This document shows positions 18,763 to 28,822 of a stretch of DNA of 64,000 bases, one piece after another. Made by a program: the position numbers and the translations under genes. The notes beneath the pieces are model-generated. The model searched no databases. It was not told where the DNA came from and saw only the letters and a program-made list of their open reading frames with translations. Numbering within the stretch: position 1 is the stretch's first letter; each line of letters opens with the position of its first letter. The DNA is from Occultella glacieicola (GTDB taxonomy: Bacteria; Actinomycetota; Actinomycetes; Actinomycetales; Beutenbergiaceae): the NCBI RefSeq assembly GCF_004353825.1, contig NZ_SMNA01000004.1:310001-374000 (forward strand), read 5' to 3'.

Positions 18763-19986
18763 TCAGGTGTGGTCGCCGTGCCAGGCGGCGGTGACGATTC
18801 CGGGGATCCGGTCGATCGGGCCGGCGGCCGCGACGTTCCCGGCGAGCCGGCTGATGCTCGCCGCTCGTGCCGCGATGTCGGGCAGGTCCTCGGCACGGAC
18901 GCCGAGTTCGGCGAGGCTCCCCGGGATCCCGATGTCGGCGACGATCTGCTCGATCCGGTCGATGGCGCCGAGCGCCGGGTCGTTGGCGGTCTCGGCGACG
19001 CCCAGCAGGGTGGCGATCCGGCGCAGTGCCGGGTCGATGTCCGGGCGGCACCCGCGCAGCACGTGGGGAAGCAGCAGACCGGTGCCGAGTCCGTGCGGGG
19101 TCTTCGTGAGGGCGCCGATCGGGTACTGGATCGCGTGTGACAGGTGAGTTCCGGCACTGCCGAAGGCCATCCCGGCCAGCAGGCTGCCGTAGGCCATCTC
19201 GGTCCGCGCGGCGTCATCATCGGGATCCGTGACCGCGCGGACCAGGTTCGCGGCGATGACGGAGATCGCCTCCTCGGCGAGGAGGCCCGCCAGCCGGTTC
19301 TGACCCACGAACACCGGCAGTTGTTCGGCCCATTCCGGAGTCCTGACCGCCGCCGTGTAGGACTCGATCGCGTGCACGAACGCATCGACGCCGGCGTGCG
19401 CGGTGACCGTCGCCGGTGCTCCGCGGGTCAGGGTCGGATCGACGACGGCGAACCGCGGGATCAGGTGGGGGCTCGAGATGCCGACCTTGAGATCCCGGCC
19501 CGGATCGGAGACGACGGCCACCGGCGTGACCTCCGATCCGGTACCGGCGGTGGTCGGCACGGCTATCACCGGCGTGAGGGGTCCGGGGACGGCGTTCTCG
19601 CCGTAGTAGTCACTGAGCGGGCCACCGTGACTGCGCACCAGCGCCACGAGCTTCGCCAGGTCGAGCGCGCTGCCGCCCCCGAACCCGATGATCACCTCGG
19701 GACCCCAGGCCGAGGCCGCGTCGGCCGCACGGTGTACCGAGTCGACCGGGAGTTCGGGCTCGACCTCGGTCCAGACCTGCAGGACCGCTCCGGTCCTCCG
19801 TAGCTCCTCGCAGGTGCGTTCGAACTGCGGGGTATCGGCCAGGAACGGGTCGCAGCACACGAACACACGCCGACCGAGCTCTAGAGCAAGTGGCGCGATC
19901 GCCGCCACGGCGCCGTTCCCGAAGTGGATCCGGTTCGGCAGTCGGAGCAGGCCGAAGCCGTCAGCGGGCGTCCGGGTGTGCGTCAT
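18763..19986 (-). CDS. iron-containing alcohol dehydrogenase
   Basis: GGGSALDLAK, PTTAGTGSEVT, DAFVHAIESY, HLSHAIQY, PHG. Confidence 0.93.
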   Translation of the reverse strand: MTHTRTPADGFGLLRLPNRIHFGNGAVAAIAPLALELGRRVFVCCDPFLADTPQFERTCEELRRTGAVLQVWTEVEPELPVDSVHRAADAASAWGPEVIIGFGGGSALDLAKLVALVRSHGGPLSDYYGENAVPGPLTPVIAVPTTAGTGSEVTPVAVVSDPGRDLKVGISSPHLIPRFAVVDPTLTRGAPATVTAHAGVDAFVHAIESYTAAVRTPEWAEQLPVFVGQNRLAGLLAEEAISVIAANLVRAVTDPDDDAARTEMAYGSLLAGMAFGSAGTHLSHAIQYPIGALTKTPHGLGTGLLLPHVLRGCRPDIDPALRRIATLLGVAETANDPALGAIDRIEQIVADIGIPGSLAELGVRAEDLPDIAARAASISRLAGNVAAAGPIDRIPGIVTAAWHGDHT

Positions 19987-21023
19987 GCGCTGTGCTCCTC
20001 GAGGAGTTCTTCGACGTCTCGCCAGACCTGCGGGTTGATCGGGATGCCATGCGTCAGCCGCTCGGCCCGGGTCGCCCGCGCCCGGTCGCCCGGCACCGTG
20101 ACCGGCTCCGGACCGGTCCCGCTCGCGCGAACGTCGTCGAGGTAGGCCTCCACGAGGCGCAGGTGCGGGAGGCGCCCGATCCGGTCGAGGGAGATCGCGA
20201 CGAAGATGTCGCCCTTCGTGGCGACATGCTCGACGTCAAGGGTGCCCTGCTTCCGAGGGCCGAACGCCGTCCCGGTGACGGTGCCGACGAGCACCTCCAG
20301 GGCGATCCCGAGGGCGTAGCCCTTGGCGCCGCCGAACGGCGAGAGGGCCCCGTCGGACGCCTCGACGGGATCCGTGACCGGTCTGCCCTCGCGATCGACG
20401 GCCCAGCCGAGCGGGATCGGCTGCGAGGTGGCGGCGTGGTCGAGGACCTTGCCCATCGAGACCGCCGCCGTCGACATGTCGAGCACGAGCGGCTCGCTCC
20501 CGGTCGGCACCGCGATGCCCACGGGGTTCGTGCCGAGCATCGGTCGGGCGCTGCCCCAGGGATGCACGAGCGCTTCACTGGTCGTCAGGGCGATGCCGAT
20601 CTGGCCGGCCGCGGCGATGCGCTCCACGTACGGCGCGAGCATGCCCATGTGGTTCGCGTTGTGCACCGCGGCCAGAGCGATGCCACTCTCGCTAGCCCGT
20701 CGGGTGATCGCGTCGATCGCCACCGCCGCCACCGCGGGCCCGAAGCCCCGACCGCCGTCGACGCTCAGGAACGCGTCGCTGATCCACGTCGTACGCGGTG
20801 TGCCCCCGGACCGGATCAGCCCGTTGCGCAGGCGGCCGACCAGCACGGCGAGGCGCCGCACGCCGTGGGAGGGGTGGCCGCGGAGATCGCCCTCGACGAG
20901 GATGTCCGCCTGGTGGACAGCGTCGGCACGGGTGGCACCCTCACCGATCAGGATCTGGACCACGGCGTCGTGCAGACGATCTGCGCTCACGGCCACGTCG
21001 GTGCCGACGCTGTTCGTCGTCAT
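19983..21023 (-). CDS. Ldh_2 family oxidoreductase (malate/L-lactate/sulfolactate/ureidoglycolate dehydrogenase-like)
   Basis: DLRGHPSHG, NHMG, LGTNP, LDMST, PFGGAKGYALG, VPGD. Confidence 0.92.
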   Translation of the reverse strand: MTTNSVGTDVAVSADRLHDAVVQILIGEGATRADAVHQADILVEGDLRGHPSHGVRRLAVLVGRLRNGLIRSGGTPRTTWISDAFLSVDGGRGFGPAVAAVAIDAITRRASESGIALAAVHNANHMGMLAPYVERIAAAGQIGIALTTSEALVHPWGSARPMLGTNPVGIAVPTGSEPLVLDMSTAAVSMGKVLDHAATSQPIPLGWAVDREGRPVTDPVEASDGALSPFGGAKGYALGIALEVLVGTVTGTAFGPRKQGTLDVEHVATKGDIFVAISLDRIGRLPHLRLVEAYLDDVRASGTGPEPVTVPGDRARATRAERLTHGIPINPQVWRDVEELLEEHSA

Positions 21024-21080
21024 AGGTATCCTCCTCGGTCACGTCTGGACCGATGATGACCATCACGGAAGGAAGCGGCT

Positions 21081-21851
21081 ATGACCCGTCCCGAACAGCA
21101 GGACGCCAGCTCCTCGCTCGCCAAGGGCTTGTCCCTGCTCGACCTCTTCTCGGTGACCGACTTCGAGATCAGCATCAGCGAGATGGCCCGGACGTCGGGG
21201 ATACCGAAGTCCACGACCCATCGGCTGGTGACGGATCTCGTGGCGTGGGGTGCCCTCGAGCGCGGCAGGAAGGGATACCGGCTCGGGGTGCGCATGTTCG
21301 AGCTGGGACACCTGGTGCCCGCGCAGCGGACCCTGCGGGAGGTGGCCCTCCCGTATGCGCACAACCTCAACGAGGTGACCGGCCTGACCTCGAACCTGGC
21401 CGTCCGGGACAAGCGCGAGATCATCTACCTAGAGAAGATCTCGCGCCGCGACCTGCTGGTCCCGCACTCGCGCCTCGGGGGCCGGCTGCCGTTGCACTGC
21501 ACCGGTCTCGGCAAGGCGATCCTCGGCTTCAGCGACCACGACTTCGTGGAGTCGGTGTTGGGCGCACCCTTGACGAGGCTCTCGCCGAAGACCATCACCG
21601 ATCCCACCTCCCTTCGCCGCGAGCTCGCGAGGGTGCGGGAGACCAAGGTCGCCTACGACGTCGAGGAGTCGCAGCCCGGCCTGTTCTGTGTGGCGGCACC
21701 GATCTTCGGGATGGGCAATCACCTGGTCGGAGCGATCTCCGTCACCGGTGCGACCGCGTTGTCCCAGGCCCAGCGTTACGCCTCCGCGGTGCGGATGACG
21801 GCGATGGCGATCTCCCGGGTACTGGGATCGAGACCCGGTCGTCCGGCATAG
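21081..21851 (+). CDS. IclR family transcriptional regulator
   Basis: ISEMARTSGIPKSTTHRL HTH, LPLHCTGLGKAIL, CVAAPI, GAISV. Confidence 0.95.
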   Translation: MTRPEQQDASSSLAKGLSLLDLFSVTDFEISISEMARTSGIPKSTTHRLVTDLVAWGALERGRKGYRLGVRMFELGHLVPAQRTLREVALPYAHNLNEVTGLTSNLAVRDKREIIYLEKISRRDLLVPHSRLGGRLPLHCTGLGKAILGFSDHDFVESVLGAPLTRLSPKTITDPTSLRRELARVRETKVAYDVEESQPGLFCVAAPIFGMGNHLVGAISVTGATALSQAQRYASAVRMTAMAISRVLGSRPGRPA

Positions 21852-21975
21852 CGGGACGACCGCTTGATGCCTCTCGCCTTCCGCGCGATCGTCGGAGCCC
21901 ATCGGGACGAGGACGTGGCCCGATGCCCGACGGCCTACCCCCCGGCCGCGGGCCTCGCGAGGGAGATGAGAGCGA

Positions 21976-22914
21976 GTGGCGAACACCCAGGTCTCGGCAT
22001 CCGCGACGGATGCCCCGCCGAACCGGAGTCGCCGGGAGAAGCCGCGGCGTCAGAACCTCGCGGGCTGGCTGTTCGTCGGTCCGGTGATCCTGGGAGTGCT
22101 CGCCTTCCAGATCGGTCCGGTGATCGCGTCGCTCGGCGTTTCGATGACGAACTGGACCGGTCTGAACGAGCCGGACTTCCTCGGGCTGGGGAACTTCGTC
22201 GCCCTGTTCACCACCGACACCCGCTTCTACACGACCCTGCTGAACACGGCGATCTTCACCGTGGCGATGGTGGCCCTCTCGATCGCGATCGGACTCGCAC
22301 TGGCCGTCCTGTGCAACCAGCGGATCCGTGGCGTCGGCGTGTTCCGGACCCTGTACTACTCCCCGGCGATCACGAACGTCGTGGCCATCGGGTTCGTCTG
22401 GTTCTGGCTGTATGAGCCGAACAACGGCCTGATCAACTCGGTCCTACGCGGAGTCGGGATCTCTGGCCCGGCGTGGCTCTCCGACCCGAGCACAGCGCTG
22501 ATCGCGGTGATCATCGTGGCGTTGTGGCAGGGCGTCGGCTACCCGATGGTGATCCTGCTCGCCGGGTTGCAGTCGATCGACAAGTCGCTCCTGGAGGCGG
22601 CAACGGTCGACGGCGCCTCCAACTGGCTCCGGTTCTGGCGCGTCACATTTCCGCTGCTCACCCCGAGCATCTTCTTCCTGACGATCATGCAGTTCATTTC
22701 GTCATTCCAGGTCTTCGGCATCATCTACGTGATGACGTCCGGCGGACCGAACAATGCGACGTCCGTCCTGATCTTCGAGATCTATCAGGTCGCTTTCGCC
22801 CAGGGGCGCCTCGGTTATGCCTCGGCGATGGGGTGGGTCCTGTTCCTGATCGTCGGCCTGGTGACCGTCTTCCAATGGAAGATGGAGAAGCGGTGGGTGC
22901 ACTATGACAGCTGA
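21976..22914 (+). CDS. carbohydrate ABC transporter permease (MalF-like)
   Basis: LLEAATVDGA EAA loop, GGPNNAT, LGYASAMG. Confidence 0.93.
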   Translation: MANTQVSASATDAPPNRSRREKPRRQNLAGWLFVGPVILGVLAFQIGPVIASLGVSMTNWTGLNEPDFLGLGNFVALFTTDTRFYTTLLNTAIFTVAMVALSIAIGLALAVLCNQRIRGVGVFRTLYYSPAITNVVAIGFVWFWLYEPNNGLINSVLRGVGISGPAWLSDPSTALIAVIIVALWQGVGYPMVILLAGLQSIDKSLLEAATVDGASNWLRFWRVTFPLLTPSIFFLTIMQFISSFQVFGIIYVMTSGGPNNATSVLIFEIYQVAFAQGRLGYASAMGWVLFLIVGLVTVFQWKMEKRWVHYDS

Positions 22915-23824
22915 ACGCGTCGTGGCTCGAGCGCCACGTGCCCTTGACCCAGGTACCGCAGGCGGGCCCGAGGAGCGCCGGGCCGCGCCGGCCACGCGGC
23001 GCCGGCCGCGCGGCATCGGTAGGCGGGCCGCGGTCCTGATCACCCTGATCGTCCTGGCCGGTGTGTTCGCGATGCCGTTGCTGTGGATGGTGAGCGCCTC
23101 GCTGAAGCCCGAGAACGAGGTGCTCGCCTCGCCGCCCACGTTCATCCCCTCCGCCTTCCAGTGGGAGAACTACGCGGCCGCGGCGGACGGTCTCCTGCCG
23201 TTCTTCCTGAACAGCGTGAAACTTGCGGCGCTCAACGTGACTGGCCTGCTCTTCTTCGCGTCGCTGGCCGGGTACGGGTTCGCTCGCCTGAACTTCGTGG
23301 GCAAGAACGTCGCGTTCGCCCTGCTGTTGGCGACGGCGATGATCCCGAGCATGGTCTACCTGATTCCGCAGTACATGCTCTTCCGCGAGATCGGCTGGAT
23401 CGACACACATCTGCCGCTCTGGGTCCCCAATGTGCTGACGCCGGTGTTCGGGACCTTCCTGCTCCGTCAGTCGTTCCGTGGCGTACCGAGGGAACTGGAG
23501 GAGGCGGCGAAGCTGGACGGGGCGTCCATCTTCGGGACGTTCTGGCGGATCATGCTGCCTCAGGTCAAGCCGGCCCTGGCCGCCGTCGGCGCCCTGACCT
23601 TCATGGCGTCCTGGAACGACCTGTTCGGTCCGTTGATCTTCCTGAACTCCACCCGGCTGCAGACCATGCCCATCGCGCTCGTGCTCTTCCAGGGCGAGTT
23701 CTTCACGCAGACGAATCTCATGATGGCGGCGGCCACGCTGACGATCATTCCGCCGCTCATCCTCTTCTTCCTCGCCCAACGGTATTTCGTCCAGGGCATC
23801 ACCATGTCAGGTCTGAAAGGTTAG
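22904..23824 (+). CDS. carbohydrate ABC transporter permease (MalG-like)
   Basis: AGYGFARL, ELEEAAKLDGA, WNDLFGPL, QRYFVQG. Confidence 0.93.
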   Translation: MTAERVVARAPRALDPGTAGGPEERRAAPATRRRPRGIGRRAAVLITLIVLAGVFAMPLLWMVSASLKPENEVLASPPTFIPSAFQWENYAAAADGLLPFFLNSVKLAALNVTGLLFFASLAGYGFARLNFVGKNVAFALLLATAMIPSMVYLIPQYMLFREIGWIDTHLPLWVPNVLTPVFGTFLLRQSFRGVPRELEEAAKLDGASIFGTFWRIMLPQVKPALAAVGALTFMASWNDLFGPLIFLNSTRLQTMPIALVLFQGEFFTQTNLMMAAATLTIIPPLILFFLAQRYFVQGITMSGLKG

Positions 23825-23835
23825 GTCGCCGATAC

Positions 23836-24918
23836 ATGCGCATCACACAGGTCGAGTCCATCATTCTGCTCGAGCAGTTCCACATCGTGAAGGTCCACAC
23901 CGACGAAGGACTCGTCGGGATCGGTGAGGTCAGCCCCATGAAGGCCGCCGTGACGCACGCCATCGTCGAGCATGCGCTGGCGCCGCTGCTGGTGGGCGAG
24001 GACCCGGGAGACATCGAACGGCTCTGGCGTCGGATGTACACCAAGCCCTACAAGCTCGGACCGATGGGCGCCCAGCTCGAGGCGATCGCCGGCATCGACA
24101 TCGCGCTCTGGGATCTGCTGGGGAAGGCCGCGAACCTGCCCGTGTACGCGCTCACCGGCGGCACCTACCGCAACGGCACGAAGGTCTACGCGAGCTCGAT
24201 GTCGCGCAGCATGAGCCCGCAGGAGGAGGCCGAGCGGGCGGTGTCGTTCCAGGAGCAGGGCTATCACGGCTACAAGATCCACTCCTCGACCCCGTGGATG
24301 CATGACGACGGCTTCGATCAGACGATCGCGACGGTCGCGGCGGTCCGCACCGCGGTCGGCGACGACTTCCCGATCCTCGTCGACGTCAACAACGCCTACT
24401 ACGAGCACACCGCGATCCGGATCGCGCGCGAACTGGAGGCCTACGGGGTCTGGCACTTCGAGGAGCCGCTCGCCGCGCACGACTACGCCGCCTATGCCCG
24501 GCTCGCGGACGCCGTCGACATCCCCATCGCGGCGGGCGAGCAGGAGTACACGAGCTGGCAGTTCCGCGACCTGATCACGCAGGGCCGGGTCGACATCCTG
24601 CAGCCCGACGTCATCAAGTGCGGTGGCATCACCGAGTTCCGCAAGATCGCGGTACTCGCGGACGTCCACACGAAGCCGATCACGGTGCACAACACCCAGC
24701 AGACCATCGGCACCTCGGCACACGCGCACCTGTGGGTGAGTACGCCCTCGTGCGTGTACCCGCAGGAGTACAACATCGAGCACAACCCGGTGCTCGACGA
24801 CGTCCCGATCTGGACCAACCCTCTCGTCCCGGTCGACGGCGTCATCACCCCGTGGGACCTGCCCGGTCTCGGGGTCGAACTCGACGAGGACGCCGTGGCG
24901 CGGTTGCGAAGCAACTGA
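23836..24918 (+). CDS. mandelate racemase/muconate lactonizing enzyme family protein (acid-sugar dehydratase-like)
   Basis: IDIALWDLLGK; metal ligands D (VDVNN), E (FEEP), E (GEQ); QPD, H (VHN), PGLGVE. Confidence 0.92.
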   Translation: MRITQVESIILLEQFHIVKVHTDEGLVGIGEVSPMKAAVTHAIVEHALAPLLVGEDPGDIERLWRRMYTKPYKLGPMGAQLEAIAGIDIALWDLLGKAANLPVYALTGGTYRNGTKVYASSMSRSMSPQEEAERAVSFQEQGYHGYKIHSSTPWMHDDGFDQTIATVAAVRTAVGDDFPILVDVNNAYYEHTAIRIARELEAYGVWHFEEPLAAHDYAAYARLADAVDIPIAAGEQEYTSWQFRDLITQGRVDILQPDVIKCGGITEFRKIAVLADVHTKPITVHNTQQTIGTSAHAHLWVSTPSCVYPQEYNIEHNPVLDDVPIWTNPLVPVDGVITPWDLPGLGVELDEDAVARLRSN

Positions 24919-25024
24919 CGGCGAATCCTCCAATCGGAGCACCGCGTCGCGGCGACTCCGGCACACCGGCCCGCTCCTCGGCCGGCCCATCAACACGGCT
25001 CAGCACACAGGACAGGACGAACCA

Positions 25025-26350
25025 ATGGCGGTAGATCAGGTCTCACGACGATCGTTGCTCAAGACCCTGGGAGTGGCCTCCGGCGCTGCTCTCATCGGTG
25101 CCCCACTCGCCGGCTGTGGGGGCGGTGGTGGCGGCTCCGGCTCGGGGTCGGGCGGGACCTTCGCCTTCATGAGCTGGGACGCGACGTCCGACACGACCCT
25201 GTACCAGGTCGCCCAGAACTGGGCGGAACAGGCCTCCCGGGAGATCGACGTGCAGTCGGTCCCGGGCGGCGGCGACTACGAGACGAAGCTTCGTACCGTG
25301 CTCTCGTCCGGGGCCCACCCGGACGTCATCCGCATCAACGACGACTTCGTGCAGGCGTACTACAGCGAGGGCTCCCTGCTCGATCTCACGCCCTATCTCG
25401 AGCAGGACTCGATCGACGCGGACGACTTCTACCCGGTGGCCTTCAACTTCGCCAAGCAGGCCGACGGCGCCCATGCGGCCTGGCCGATCCTGACGAACCC
25501 CGGCGTCATCTACTGCAACGTCGACGCGTTCGAGGAGGCGGGGGTGCCGCTCCCACCGACTGACTGGGACGCCGACGGGTGGACCTGGGACGACTTCCTG
25601 GACGCCGCCACGAAGCTCACCAAGCCGGGCGGCGAACGCTGGGGCGCGCTGCTCTTCCACGACACCGCCCTGGAGACCGTCTGGCCGGTCAACAACGGCA
25701 CCACCGGCATCTACTCCGAGGACGCCCAGTCGTTCACGCTCGCCGACGAGGGCAGCACGGATGCCCTCCAGTGGGTCGCCGACCTGGCGCTCGTGCACGG
25801 CGTCCACCCGGACTTCGGCACGGTCAGCACCGGAAAGTCCACCCCGAACTGGGCCCAGTCCCTGTTCGGGACCGGGCAGGTCGCGATGCTCCTCGGGCTC
25901 ACCAGCTCGATCCCCTACCTCCGCGAGAACGCGGAGGTGAACTGGGACATCTTCCCGCCGCCGCAGCAGGCGACCCGGCAGACCGTGAACACCATGACGG
26001 TCCTGGCCGTGCCGTCCGAGTCGCCGGATCCCGACGCTGCCTGGGACTTCCTGAAGTACTGCGTCGGCCCCGAGGCCGCCGAGCTCTTCGCCGAGTCGCG
26101 CGGGTTCGTCCCGGTGGCCACCAGCTCCGCCGAGCTGTTCGTCGCCGACGATCAGGCGCCCCAGAACCTCGGCATGGTCAGCCAGGCACTGGCGAACGCC
26201 GTCAACGAGAACTTCGGGCTCTACATCGAGCGGGCGCGGACGGTCTACCGACCCGTGCTTGACGAGATCTGGAGCGGACGTCAGACCGCGGCGGACGCGC
26301 TCGGTGGCATCCGCGCCGAGGTCGAGGCGATCCTCGCCGGGCAGGGGTGA
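25025..26350 (+). CDS. carbohydrate ABC transporter solute-binding lipoprotein (Tat-type signal)
   Basis: SRRSLLK twin-arginine, lipobox LAGC, Gly/Ser linker, NVDAFEEAG, WTWDDFL, AAWDFLKY. Confidence 0.92.
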   Translation: MAVDQVSRRSLLKTLGVASGAALIGAPLAGCGGGGGGSGSGSGGTFAFMSWDATSDTTLYQVAQNWAEQASREIDVQSVPGGGDYETKLRTVLSSGAHPDVIRINDDFVQAYYSEGSLLDLTPYLEQDSIDADDFYPVAFNFAKQADGAHAAWPILTNPGVIYCNVDAFEEAGVPLPPTDWDADGWTWDDFLDAATKLTKPGGERWGALLFHDTALETVWPVNNGTTGIYSEDAQSFTLADEGSTDALQWVADLALVHGVHPDFGTVSTGKSTPNWAQSLFGTGQVAMLLGLTSSIPYLRENAEVNWDIFPPPQQATRQTVNTMTVLAVPSESPDPDAAWDFLKYCVGPEAAELFAESRGFVPVATSSAELFVADDQAPQNLGMVSQALANAVNENFGLYIERARTVYRPVLDEIWSGRQTAADALGGIRAEVEAILAGQG

Positions 26351-27402
26351 CCTTGAAGATCACCAGAGTGACGGTCGACGTCACCTCCGAACCCAAGGCA
26401 CACGCGATCCGGGATGCCATCCAGGTGCTCGATCGGAACGGGCGCTGCGACGTGACGATCGAGACGGACGCGGGCGTCAGCGGCACCAGCAGCACCTATT
26501 TCGGTCGCGTCGCCAGCTCACCCGCTCTGCTCGGCGCCCTCGTCACCGAACAGCTCGGTCCCGCGATCGTCGGCCAGGACGCCACGATGATCCGGCACAT
26601 CCGCGACCTGCTGCGGACGCTGACCGACTATCAGGGCACGGCGGGCCTGTCGACCTTCGGGATCTCCGCGATCGATCAGGCCCTCTGGGATCTGCTCGGC
26701 AAGTCGCTCGGGGTGCCGGTCTGGAGACTGTTGGGTGCCCAGCGGGCCGCGATCCCCACCTACGCGATGGTGGGGTGGCTCGAGCTGGACGTTCCGCAAC
26801 TGCAGGACGTCTGCGCCAGGGCGATGGAACAGGGCTTCCAGGGTGTGAAGATGAAGGTGGGCGGTGGCCCGCTCGCCGAGGACCTCGAACGGATCGGCGC
26901 GGTCCGTGCGGTGATCGGCGACGGGGTCCCCCTGATGGTCGACGCGAACCAGGCCTTCGACCTCGCCGAGGCGATCCGGCGCGGTCGCGCCTACACCGAT
27001 CTCGGTTGCCGGTGGTTCGAGGAGCCCCTCCGGGCCGCGGACACGGCGGCACACATCACGCTCGCCGAGAAACTCGACATCCCGATCGCGACCGGGGAGA
27101 ACCGGTACGGGCAGGAGCAGTTCCGGGACCTGTTCGTCGGTGGCGGCGTCGGCGTGGTCCAACCGGACCTGCGCCGGGCCGGCGGGCTCACCGACTGCTA
27201 CGAGATCGGCCTGATGGCGGCCGGCTTCGGCATCCCGTACGCCTCCCACGGCGGCGGCGCGCACATCCACGTCCTCGCGGCCCTGCCGAACACGATCTAC
27301 GTCGAGAGCGGGCTGCTGCCGGCGGACGGGTCGGTCACCCTGACCGACGGCTGCTACCCGCTGCCCACCGAACCCGGCCTGTCCTCCTGGAGCGCGCACT
27401 GA
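26347..27402 (+). CDS. mandelate racemase/muconate lactonizing enzyme family protein
   Basis: IDQALWDLLGK, KxK (KMKVG), VDANQ, WFEEP, TGEN, QPD, SHG, PGL. Confidence 0.92.
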   Translation: MTLKITRVTVDVTSEPKAHAIRDAIQVLDRNGRCDVTIETDAGVSGTSSTYFGRVASSPALLGALVTEQLGPAIVGQDATMIRHIRDLLRTLTDYQGTAGLSTFGISAIDQALWDLLGKSLGVPVWRLLGAQRAAIPTYAMVGWLELDVPQLQDVCARAMEQGFQGVKMKVGGGPLAEDLERIGAVRAVIGDGVPLMVDANQAFDLAEAIRRGRAYTDLGCRWFEEPLRAADTAAHITLAEKLDIPIATGENRYGQEQFRDLFVGGGVGVVQPDLRRAGGLTDCYEIGLMAAGFGIPYASHGGGAHIHVLAALPNTIYVESGLLPADGSVTLTDGCYPLPTEPGLSSWSAH

Positions 27403-27412
27403 GCGATACCGG

Positions 27413-27889
27413 TCAACCGACCACCAGAGCCACGACCAGGGCGGCGAGTGCCGCCGTCGACGTGGCAGTGCGGGCGTGGTTCCACCGGACCCACCCCGCC
27501 TCGAAGGCGGTCCGCACCCCGGCCGCGTCGGCCGGGGTGGGACCGGCCCGGTCGATGGCGTTGTTCAGCGGGATGTTCGCCCGGCCGGTGATGATCAGGC
27601 AGACCAGGTAGGCCGCCACGGCCGCGGCGATCCACGGCACGGCGGGGGACGAGGCGTCCCTGACCAGGTGCGCGACCAGCGCCAGGACCGACAGGACGAT
27701 CGCCCCGCCGAACGCGAGCGCGAACCACACGTTCAGGATCGCGGTGTTGATGTGGTGCATGACCTCGACGAACGCGGCGTCCCCGGCCCGCCGCAGGCCG
27801 GGCATCACGGCCACCGAGAAGGAGAAGAACAGCCCGGCCGCGAGTCCCATCGCGATGGTCGCCGCGGCCAGGCTGACGGTGGCGAGCAT
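27413..27889 (-). CDS. DUF1772 / anthrone oxygenase family membrane protein
   Basis: GLAAGLFFSFSVAVMPGL, INTAILN, NIPLNNA, WVRWNHART. Confidence 0.85.
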   Translation of the reverse strand: MLATVSLAAATIAMGLAAGLFFSFSVAVMPGLRRAGDAAFVEVMHHINTAILNVWFALAFGGAIVLSVLALVAHLVRDASSPAVPWIAAAVAAYLVCLIITGRANIPLNNAIDRAGPTPADAAGVRTAFEAGWVRWNHARTATSTAALAALVVALVVG

Positions 27890-27890
27890 C

Positions 27891-28739
27891 TCAGTGCACC
27901 GGCAGGGTCGCCGCGGACCAGGCGCCCGCCGTGGCCGCCTCACGTGCCCAGTCCGAGAAGCCGCGGGCGGGGCGCCCGAGGACCTGCTGGACGTCGTCGG
28001 TGGGAACGGAGTTGCGCCCGTCGAGGACCTCGGTGAACAGGTAGACGAACAGGTCGACGAGTTCCGGGGGCGTGCCCTCGGACTCGAGTCCGGCCCGGAA
28101 CTCGTCGGCGGTGATCTCCTGGTAGCGCACCTCGAGCCCGCTCGCGGCCGAGATCTCGGCCATCGCCTCGGCGAACGTCAGCGAGCGCGGCCCGGTGAGT
28201 TCGTAGACCTTGCCGGCGTGGCCGTCCTGGGTGAGCACGGCTGCGGCCACCTCGGCGATGTCCTCGACGTCGGTGAACGGTTCCGGCCGGCCGGCCGGAG
28301 CCGCGAACACGCCGCTGAGCACCGCCGGCAGCAGGAAGCTCTCGCTGAAGTTCTGGTTGAACCAGCTCGCGCGCAGCACGGTCACGTCGGCATCCACGCC
28401 CTGCACGCGCCGCTCGGCGATCCCGGCCTCGGTCTCACCTCGGCCGGAGAGCAGCGCCAGTCGGCGGACGCCGGCCGCGACCGCCTGGTCGGCGAAGGCG
28501 CCGATCACCTCGGCGGCGCCCGGCAGGGCCAGGTCCGGCACGTAGGCGATGTAGACGGCGCTCACGCCGTCGAGCGCGCCGGACCAGGTGGTGGGGTCCT
28601 CCCAGTCGAACGACGGCTGGGCCGATCGGGAGCCGAGACGAACGGGATGCCCGACGGCGGTGAGCCGCCTGGCGACGCGGCTGCCGGTCTTGCCGGTGGC
28701 GCCGAGGACGAGGGTCAGGTCTTCTGAGTTGGTGGTCAT
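27891..28739 (-). CDS. NmrA family NAD(P)-binding protein
   Basis: LGATGKTGSRV, FDWED, LSGRGE, WFNQNFSE, DVEDIA, YELTGP. Confidence 0.9.
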   Translation of the reverse strand: MTTNSEDLTLVLGATGKTGSRVARRLTAVGHPVRLGSRSAQPSFDWEDPTTWSGALDGVSAVYIAYVPDLALPGAAEVIGAFADQAVAAGVRRLALLSGRGETEAGIAERRVQGVDADVTVLRASWFNQNFSESFLLPAVLSGVFAAPAGRPEPFTDVEDIAEVAAAVLTQDGHAGKVYELTGPRSLTFAEAMAEISAASGLEVRYQEITADEFRAGLESEGTPPELVDLFVYLFTEVLDGRNSVPTDDVQQVLGRPARGFSDWAREAATAGAWSAATLPVH

Positions 28740-28822
28740 GGGGATCACTCAACCGGTGTGAGCTGAGACGATCCATAGTTCAGGCTCTTGATTCCATGTG
28801 TGTACGTCTAGAGACTGGTGGC

